Source of the DNA: Octopus sinensis
Lineage: Eukaryota
Direction of reading: 5' to 3'
DNA length: 21,534 nt
NCBI RefSeq assembly: GCF_006345805.1
Contig: NW_021823713.1
Span: 1 to 21,534 of the forward strand
The notes under the pieces were generated by a model, which had not been told where the DNA came from, made no database searches, and saw nothing but the letters and a program-made list of their open reading frames with translations. Within the stretch, counting starts at the first letter, position 1; each line of letters opens with the position of its first letter. Of the stretch, positions 1 through 8,299 are shown piece by piece. The position numbers were made by a program, and so were the translations under genes.

Positions 1-504
1 GATTCAACGTAACAAATATGTTAAGAATTACTAATTAGGGAGATGAATCGTGGGGGGGTGAGTGGGCGGTTAGTTGGTAAGCAGGGTGGTAGGTTGTTGG
101 TTGGTAGGTTGGTTTGTCGGTTGGTTGCTAGGTTGCTTGGCTGGTTTTCTCTGTAGAATATTTTCAACTATTGAATTAAATCGTCGTAAAATGATATTTC
201 TATTACGACTGATGAACAATTAATTGGAGAAGTGAAAAACGTGCTAGCAAGTGGAAATGCAAAATGCATGTTTGTGTGTGTGTGTTTGTTGTGTGTGTGT
301 ATTGTGTGTGTGCGTGTTTGTAAGTGTTTGTAAGTGTGTGTGTGTCTCTATGTATTGTGTGGGTGGCTGTATAAATGTGCCTGCAGATTTATTTAATAAA
401 ATAAACGAGGCTAAATAGAATCAGTTCAAAGTATCTGACATACACGTCCACAAAATCATGATTAGGGTAAAGATTATCAAAAATACATACATATATATAA
501 GTAC

Positions 505-505
<1 letters not shown>

Positions 506-547
<42 letters not shown>
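506..547. repeat. (TA)n microsatellite
   Basis: Uninterrupted TA dinucleotide run. Confidence 0.95.
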
Positions 548-548
<1 letters not shown>

Positions 549-915
549 GAGGAAAACGCACCCCCCCACCCCGTCCGATGGACGGTGCTGAGTTGTCTAA
601 CATTTAAACCAAATTTTCTCAAAACAACTTGTCCGACCGTCCCATAGGCCTCCCCTTTGAGAAACACTGATTTAACCTAAATTTGAGACACCAGCAAAAA
701 GGAAGAAATAAAGATAGACTTCTTTTCTATTCCAAGAAAAACGATTTTACAAATGCACGTTCCTACGGCTTTATCGATCGCATTCTCACCTGGAACCGAT
801 TTTTGTAATTTTTTCAAGACTTATTACATGTCCTGATACCGTCGATATTTACCTATGAAATTTGAGCGCAATCGGATGGAGGATGCCTGAGATCCTAGAA
901 GACACATAGTGTGCT
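549..915. mobile_element. Possible non-autonomous DNA-transposon (MITE/HINE-like) remnant
   Basis: Unique GC-richer block between microsatellites. It has a hairpin CCGTCC-GAT-GGACGG (571-585) and motifs such as GGAACCGATTTTTG and GAAATTTGAGCGCAATCGGATG that resemble non-autonomous invertebrate elements. No TIR or TSD confirmed. Confidence 0.3.
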
Positions 916-1039
916 TTCAAATGTTCCTTTTCGGGTTTCAGTTGCTGACTAAGCCTTTCACTGTATTCTCCCGAAGAGATGCATGTGGTACTGCTGCTCA
1001 ATGATATTAATGCAATGTTACTTGTAATATATGCAACAT

Positions 1040-1096
1040 TCAGTGACGAACATGTGGTAATGGTGCGTCGAAACAATTGTTGAGCTACACAATAAA
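1040..1096 (+). mobile_element. Penelope-like pLTR remnant with degenerate minimal hammerhead-like motif
   Basis: Imperfect stem GACGAACAT...ATGGTGCGTC, then GAAAC-AATT-GTT, then AATAAA at 1091-1096. The CUGANGA core is not intact. Confidence 0.35.
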
Positions 1097-1129
1097 GCCT
1101 GTTCAATCCATTTTCTCGCATCAATATTA

Positions 1130-1408
1130 TGTATATATATATTTTTTTTTCTATCCATCTACCCATCTCTGTATATATATATATATACATAGATACATAT
1201 ATATACACATAATATATATATATATATATATATACATAGATACATATATATATATACACATATAATACAATATATATACATACATATATATATGTGTGTG
1301 TGTGGATGTATATATATATGTGGTCTATGTATATATATGTATATGTAGTAATATATTTATATATATGTATATCTATATATGGATATATATATGTATATAT
1401 ATATATAT
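1130..1408. repeat. Compound (TA)/(CA)/(TG) microsatellite flanking the LINE 3' end
   Basis: Direct inspection. Confidence 0.9.
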
Positions 1409-1492
1409 GATTGATTGATTGATTCTAGTTTCAGCTTATGAGCTGTGGCCATGCTGGGGCACCGCCATTTGGTGTTGCTACTTGGTTTCACT
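1409..1492 (-). other. LINE 3'UTR: stem-loop plus (AATC)4 tail
   Basis: Minus strand reads GGCGGTGCCCCAGCATGGCCACAGCTCATAAGCTGAAACTAG(AATC)4. Hairpin CAGCT-CATA-AGCTG at 1432-1445; GATT x4 at 1409-1424. A stem-loop plus short tandem repeat is the typical CR1/L2 3' end. Confidence 0.8.
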
Positions 1493-4481
1493 TCATGGAG
1501 GCTTTCTAGCAACTGCTATTTGGTGCATGAGAGAGTTCGATGCAGCTGCCCTCATCTGCCCCTCCTGCCGTGAAGTTGGTTCATCTGGGACACCTGACAG
1601 GAAGAGATCCAGCTTCATTTTAAAGACATCTGTATCCACCCCATGCAGGTCTCTCAGGTTCTTCGGGAGGATATTGAAGAGCTGTGGGCCTCGGAAGCCC
1701 AGGCTATCACAGAATCTTGTCCTACATCTTGATGGCAGGTTTGGAGTCCTAGGCACCACGCAGTGGCGCCCAGTTCTGGCATTTGCGTAACTCTCGATGC
1801 CAAAGTTCAGGACACTTCCCTCCAGGATCTTCCAGATGTATATTATGGCATATCTTTCCCGCCTACGCTCCAGGAATATAATTTTAATCTCTTGAGTCTT
1901 TCCCAGTAGCTTACATTCTGCATAGAGGCTATCTTCTTTGTGTAGCTTCGTTGGATCGCCTCAAGTTCTGTGATCAACTTGACACTGGATGGTGACCATA
2001 GCTGAGAGCAATAGTCAAAGTGGCTTAGGACAAGTGTCTTCCAGAGGACCATCATGGTTTCTTGTCTCTTGTTCTAAAGGTTCTAAGAATCCATCCAGCC
2101 AGCCGTCTACATTTCATTGTCAGTTTAGCAACATGTACATGAAAGGTCGCGTCATCACTCATGTGAATACCCAGGTCACGCACTGATTGTGCCTCTGGGA
2201 TTGCAATCCCTCCGGGTCCAGTGTATTCATTGGGTATTGCATTCAGTTTTGCATGCTGATAGTATAAAGCTTGAAACTTTCCAGCATTGAACTGCATGCT
2301 ATTCTTTTCAGCCCACTTGTATATTTCGTCCAGCTCACATTGCAGGTGTTTAGTGTCCTCAGGGTTCTGTATTGCCTGTGAAACTTTTGTATCATCTGCA
2401 TAACTTGTGATCGTGGCTCTCTGCGTGGCTGAGGGCATGTCTGAGAGGGCCATTATGAACAGTAGTGGTCCCAGAACAGTGCCCTGCGGAACACCGCTCA
2501 CTATTTGTGTGTTAATGGAGGTGGCCCCATTGGCTACTACCACCTGACTTCTATCCTTCAGAAAGTCATGAAGCCATTCTCCCAGTTTTCCAACTATGTT
2601 GAGATCACGCAGTTTGTGACATATCATTCCATGATCGACTTTATCAAAGGCCTTTGCAAAGTCGAGATATATCACTTCCACATTTGAGTGGTTGAGCAGC
2701 CGTTTCAGCACCCAGTCATAGTGTTGTAGGAGCTGAGTTAAACAGCTTCTCCCTGGTCGGAAACCATGTTGGGTGTCGGGCAGCAAGTCATTCTCTTCAA
2801 GGAAGGTGATCAGCTTCCTTCTGACTATTCGTTCCATGACCTTGCTGATGTGTGAGGTCAGAGAGATAGGTCTATAGTTCTTGGCTTCCGCTCTGCTACC
2901 TCCTTTATGAATGGGGCATATTTTACCTTCCTTCAGTTTTCCTGGAAGTTTGCCAGCTGCAAGGAAGCTCTGAAAGAGGAACTGCAGTGGTCTTGCTAGG
3001 ACTCTCTTACATGCTTTTAGGAGGATTGCCGGGAATCCATCGGGCCAGTAGCTGAGTCTGTTTTCATTTCATCTATAGCCTTGGTTACATCGTCTTCCTT
3101 TATATCGATGTAATCTATCGTCGCCGCCTCTGATTTTATATCTGCAGTGGTAAAAAAGTCAGTTGGATTGGTGATTTGGAGATGCCCAAGGGGTGGAGTG
3201 AAAACACTCTTGAATTGCTCATTCAGTATTTCACTTACCCTCATTGGTTTTCCTGTAAGTGTGCCATCCTTTTCGAGGAGTGGCCCTATTCTACAGTGCA
3301 CTGTAGCTGTTTCTTTGGCATACCTGTAGAAAGCTCTGGGGTTAGATTTTATGTTTTCTATAGCCCAGGCTTCTTTGTCTGCTCTTTCTTTTTCATGGGA
3401 GAGTTGCAGACATTTTTCGATTTCCAACAGTTTTATTTTTAGGCGGGACTTTTCACTGCTTTCAATCTGTTTGTTTAGGCGATTTGAAAATTTCGTACGC
3501 CGTCTCATTAAAATTTTCCTCTCTCTGGGGATTTTGTTCTTGTGTACAGTGGCCTTTCTCTCTGGGACACATTTGTAGCATATGGCTTGCATTACAGACA
3601 TGAATTGTTGAAGTTTCACGTCGATGTCTGGCGAGGAGAGACATTTAGGCCAGTTTTGTTTGAGGATCTCTTTCTCAATTTGTTTCCAGTTTGCCTTATG
3701 GTAGTTCAAGCTGGAATTTTGAGGGTTTCTTGTAGGCTGCATGTCCGTGCTCTCTTTTGGCCCGTACATGGTCAGCTCTATCATGTTGTGATCCGAGAGT
3801 AGTGTCGGTGTCACTTTCACATTATGGATGAGATCCATGTCATTTGTGAAGCAGAGATCCAGTGTGTTACCTGCCCTGGTTGGTTGGAGTATTACCTGCT
3901 CCATGTACAGGGTGTTGATGAGGTTCAGGAGGGACCTCGCCTGTCCTCGTTCACATCTTGTCATTCCTGGGAGAAAGGCCCTCGGGCCATCTGACATTGG
4001 GCAGATTGAAGTCTCCCATAAGAAGCACACCTATGTGTTGTTCTAATGTGGTTAGAATTTCTTCTATTTTTATAAGGCAGTCTTCAAACTTGCCCACATG
4101 GCTTGGGGCATCTGGAGGGCGATATGTAGCACACACAACTACATCAAGTTGCCTAATATGTACAATTAGTGTGTCACACACCGAGTTTGAGTATGACAAG
4201 AGGACCTGGGGTGTGAGGTCCTCACGGATGTACATAGCAACACCTCCATGACTCCTTTCTTTCCTGTCGGTCCGTAGTACAGCATACTGTGGTATGTGTA
4301 ACTCCGCATCTGCTATGTCCGGTTTCAGGTGCGTTTCTGTAAGTGCTATGCATAAGGCTTGATTGCATGCAACAAAGTCTCTCAGGAACGGGATCTTTGT
4401 CCTGTTACTGAGTGTTTGCAGTCCTCTGATGTTCAGTAGGAGTATCGAGGTGAGGTGTACGTTGTTGCCGGCGGTGTCCAT
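1493..4481 (-). pseudogene. LINE ORF2 (AP endonuclease + reverse transcriptase), about 996 aa when 4 frameshifts are corrected
   Basis: APE motifs NIRGL, ETHL, GGVAMY, YRPP, GDFN, TR..LDL, SDH. RT motifs NYRPISLT, QHGFRPGRSC, YLDFAKAFDKVDH, GVPQGTVLGPLLF, YADD. CR1-type C-terminus DYCSQLWSP, YSLERRRERY, FKMKLDLFL. Frameshifts near 3975, 3043, 2059 and 1873; no in-frame stops in the joined frames. Confidence 0.93.
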
Positions 4482-5341
4482 CCTGTGTCTGTTTGCTGTG
4501 GTGGTCTGGTATATAGTGGGTAGTCCCACCTGCGGGCTTGGGTTTGATGAAGCCAGGTCAGCTGCTGTACAATCTTTTGTGCCATGCACAAAAAAGATTG
4601 TTGCTCAGCAGCTGCTCTTTCGACAACATCATGTTGGCTGTTTGTGGCGCGCACAACATCTGCGTACCTCCGCTTTGGGGCAGGTGGTGCGTGGTCCATC
4701 CCTTTTCTTTGTGTTGATGGTTTGTCCATCTGCCTCGTGTCTCTGTGGCAGGGTCCCCGATGTGCAAAGCGGCAGCCTGCACCTTCCTTTCCGTGCCAGC
4801 AGGAACCTCTCAGGTAGAACATACACACCCGTGTGCGCTGTTTGGTTCCATCCTTTGCGGTTCCACTTCTATCCTGGTTGTTTCACTCTTTGGTCCTGCT
4901 TGAGCTTTTTCTTTTCCTTTAGCTCTTCCAGTCCTTCTTTTAGTTCTTCTTCCTCCCTCTACCTCTTCACCGGGTTCTCCGTCTCCATGGCCCTTGCTGC
5001 CGGTTGGAGAACTTGCACCTGGGTTCACTTCCCGGCAGGTTTCTCATTCAAAACCTCCTCCTGGGCGTCCACCAGGTGGGGGTGACTTCTTTCATCGTCT
5101 CCATTCTTGCCATCTTTGCCCCGCTCGTTCTCAAAGATGGCATCAAGTGCGCCAATGTGCGACCGTACAAGCGCATATGAGCGCACGAATTCTGTCTCTT
5201 TCGCTCCATCTGAGCCGCTGTCCTCTTGTAGCCTCTGCTCTTCAGCGCAGCCGCAATCACCTCGCTAGGGCTATCTCCGCCGGCGCACTCCCATGCTCGT
5301 ACGAATAAATCCAGCTCGTCACGTCTCCATGCTCTGGACAT
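4433..5341 (-). pseudogene. LINE ORF1, about 303 aa when 3 single-base deletions are corrected; Myb/SANT-like N-terminus and CCCH zinc finger
   Basis: Joined frames: MSRAWRRDELDLFVRAW...VIAAALKSRGYKRTAAQMERKRQN.../HIGALDAIFE...PAG/EVNPGASS...SAHG/VCMFYLRGSCWHGKEGAGCRFAH...RYSY*. Frameshifts near 5160, 5032 and 4829. Confidence 0.7.
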
Positions 5342-5400
5342 GCTGGATAATCCGTCTATCCGTTTATCTATCTAATTATGTTCGAGAGAAGACAGGAAGA

Positions 5401-6105
5401 TATTAAGGCTAATTAAGATAGAGTACTTGAAAAAGAAATATTAACAATTTAAAGTTTGTGTAAAAACGTTATTTGGGTAAAAACGTTATTTAATCTTAAG
5501 GCTAATTAGGAGATAGAGTATCTGAAAATATATTAGCAATATTAATATTATATTAGAGTGTGGGTAAAAAAAACGTTATTTAATCTTAAGGCTAATTTGG
5601 AGATAGAGTATCTGAAAATATATTAGCAATATTATATTATATTAGAGTGTGGGTAATTTAAACGTTATTTAATTAATCTTAAGGCTAATTAGAAGACAGA
5701 GTATCTGAAAAATTATATATACAATATTAAGCAATATTAACCGTTATTTAATTAATCTTAAGGCTAATTAGACGTTATTAATATTAAACGTTATTTAATT
5801 TAATCTTAAGGCTAATTAGAAGATAGAGTATCTGAAAATATATTAGCAATATTAATATTATATTAGAGTGTGGATAAAAACGTTATTTAATCTTAAGGCT
5901 AATCAGGAGATAGAGTATCTGAAAATATATTAGCAATGTTAATATTATATTAGAGTGTGGGTAATATTAAAAGTTATTTAATTTAATCTTAAGGCTAATT
6001 AGAAGATAGAGTATCTGAAGAATTATTAACAATATTAAAACAATATTAAACGTTATTTAATTTAATCTTAAGGCTAATTAGAAGATAGAGTATCTGGAAA
6101 ATTAT
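5401..6105. repeat. Tandem array of 9 units (about 80-95 bp, one truncated) with a roughly 310-bp higher-order period, directly upstream of LINE ORF1
   Basis: Core TAAGGCTAAT...GATAGAGTA starts at 5404, 5497, 5587, 5680, 5759, 5807, 5894, 5990 and 6069. Confidence 0.92.
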
Positions 6106-6556
6106 TATATCGAGAACAGTTATTGAAAATGTAAACAAACAAAATGACGATCGCAACTTTAACTAAGATGTGGGCCTAAGTGAAAGATAAAATAGAATAA
6201 TAAATAAAATATGAAATAGATGAAATTGATATTTAATCCAACAATGTGGTCTGGATTATTTTTTTTTTTTTGTTACGGGATTTTTTTCAGGAGAGAGCTT
6301 CTTTTTTCTTTCTTGCAGGAGATAACTTGATCAGTTATTTTTGCACCATGTGCGTTTCGGCGAAAATGAAAATTACTGTGTATATGTATATATTTATATA
6401 TATATATTTAAAAATATTTTTAACCAAAGTGTTGTAGTGATCTCTATGACTTAGAGTTTTACGTTTGGCAACTACAGTGGGTTATTTCGCCGTTCTATGC
6501 AAACTTTTTCACAGAGCAAAGGCAATCACGTCTTTCTCTGCTGAAAACGGAACCGG

Positions 6557-6604
6557 ATATATGTATATATATTATATTATATATATATATATAATATAAT
6601 ATAT

Positions 6605-6645
<41 letters not shown>

Positions 6646-7062
6646 TATATAATGTATTGATAGAAAAATAGATAGATAGACAGACAAACAGATTGATAGA
6701 TAGAAAATTATATGACTCAACATAAATATGGTGATCTATCTGTCTGGTTGTCTGTCTATCCAGCTCTCTATATCTATGTATGTATGTATGTATGTATGTA
6801 TGTATCTCTATCAATCTATCTACCTGTATATAGATAGATAGAGAGAGAGGAAGAGAGAGAGAGAGAGAGTAGGGAATAAAGATAAATAGGTAGATGGAGA
6901 GACACAATCAAATAAAGAAACGTAGTGATGTAGATATATGCACGCACGTACAAACACATGTATACTTACATATGTGTATACGTGCATATGTGTGTGTGTC
7001 TGTGTATATCTGAGTGTGTGTGTGTATGCGTATGGGTGCGTGTGTGGTGTGTGTGCGTGCGT
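6557..7062. repeat. Compound microsatellite block (TA, GATA/TATC, TATG, GA, TG)
   Basis: Direct inspection. Confidence 0.85.
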
Positions 7063-7178
7063 ACGATTTATTTCTAGATAGTTTCATTCAAACGTGCATT
7101 GCTGAAATATTTCCTGCTCTACAAAATCGATTCCTTAATTTTCCAGTGTTATGACAAACGAAGGGACCAGTCACGATT

Positions 7179-7447
7179 TTACGTCATCGAAACTTTTTAA
7201 CGCATATCTGTGTATATTAAGTAGACCGTGAACCTTTCGAAACTATAGTTTGATCCATGGAATACTAAATAAATAAACGATCCTACACAAGGACAGGCGT
7301 TTAGGCCAATCAAAAAAAATATATTATAATAATAATCCGCAGATTGCGGATTGCCTTGGCAACCGAGACAGTTGCTTACCTCAAATCCTCGGTCTACATG
7401 TGATTATGGATGTGAGTGCATTAGCAATGGCTGCCGTTCTCACTTCC
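7179..7447. promoter_or_regulatory. Promoter-like motif cluster: CRE/ATF-like, CCAAT box, palindrome, RFX X-box, ETS site
   Basis: TTACGTCA 7179-7186; GGCCAATCA around 7304-7312; AATCCGCA-GAT-TGCGGATT 7334-7352; ATTGCCTTGGCAAC 7350-7363 (12/14 match to GTTGCCATGGCAAC); CACTTCC 7441-7447; minus-strand donor GAG|GTAAGC at 7380/7379. Confidence 0.4.
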
Positions 7448-8299
7448 TCTTTCTCAGCTTCGAATTATATTTGTTGGAGGGATATAAATATCTTCTTTCT
7501 ACACTAGCTCACCTTCTTCTTCAAGGGAAACTTAAATGGAAGCTTAAATGATGCTGTACATGAGGATGTTAACTATGATTATTATAATGACATTAGTGAT
7601 GATAAATGATAATAATAATAATTTCAAAGGTGGAGAAAATGTAAACACATGAACTGCAATGCCTCTATACGAAAACTGAAAACCTGTGAGCGAAACTTTA
7701 TTTAATCACATATGCTTCCATCCATATCTATACAAATGCTCTATGTATATGCTCATTTCTGTTTCTTCTCGGTCTCTTGCGTATACATCAGTAATGAATA
7801 TGAATACGAAAGAAACATTAACACATCTCCATGCACGGTGTTCTGTCAAATGGTAAACGCTGTAAAGACGGACTTATAACAAGTCCAAAAAAGAAACGAT
7901 GGACGGATAATTAAGAATGCGATGAAAGAGTTGATTTATGATTTACACACATTACTATGCAACACTCCTCTAAAGCATACAGGAATAAACTAATTCAGTA
8001 AATACCCAACAAAATGAACAAACCCCACAATACGAGACATAGAAGTTCGATACCCAATATAACCTACACTGTACAAACTACACACAATACAAAAGCTAAT
8101 ATAACAGAAGACTCAAACCAAACCCCATAGCAAAACATATTGATGCAATACAGTTTTCCCCAAAGATAAAGTTGAGGCACACACCAACACCAACACAAAA
8201 TTGCTGCAAGCGATGCAATGGAAAGTTACTTGAAACTATCAAATGCCGAATAATAATAGTAGTGATGACGATGGTGACGAACGTTACCTTACCTCCATA

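Larger units (their letters stand above)
1409..6105 (-). mobile_element. Apparently full-length CR1-group non-LTR retrotransposon (5' tandem array, ORF1, APE-RT ORF2, short 3'UTR, (AATC)4 tail)
   Basis: Colinear ORF1, endonuclease, RT and C-terminal segments on the minus strand, ending in a stem-loop and an AATC repeat. The 5' boundary (whether the array is included) is inferred, and no TSD was found. Confidence 0.88.

Noticed and set aside
181-245. CTGATGA...GAAA with an upstream GTCGTAA/TTACGAC stem, resembling a hammerhead ribozyme
   Set aside because: No G-C-closed stem II, no stem III, and no NUH triplet at the required position.
389-1265. ORFs rich in YI/IY repeats
   Set aside because: Translations of (TA)n/(CA)n microsatellites.
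1419-3578. Plus-strand ORFs over the LINE (1419-1790, 1989-2186, 2505-2687, 3147-3578)
   Set aside because: Antisense shadows of ORF2 with no independent motifs.
4850-5010. Glu/Lys-rich coiled-coil-like reading EEEELKEGLEELKEKKK in an alternative ORF1 frame
   Set aside because: That frame has three stops, whereas the neighbouring frame is open and joins both sides by single-base repairs.
4363-5085. 240-aa plus-strand ORF
   Set aside because: Antisense to ORF1. The Ser/Phe-rich low complexity mirrors a purine-rich ORF1 segment, and no domain is recognisable.
5401-6105. Array as a CRISPR-like repeat-spacer locus
   Set aside because: The between-core segments are themselves repeated rather than unique spacers, and the context is eukaryotic with no cas genes.
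6299-6349. Strong plus-strand acceptor TTCTTTTTTCTTTCTTGCAG
   Set aside because: Only a weak downstream donor and no convincing reading frame; pyrimidine tracts are common here.
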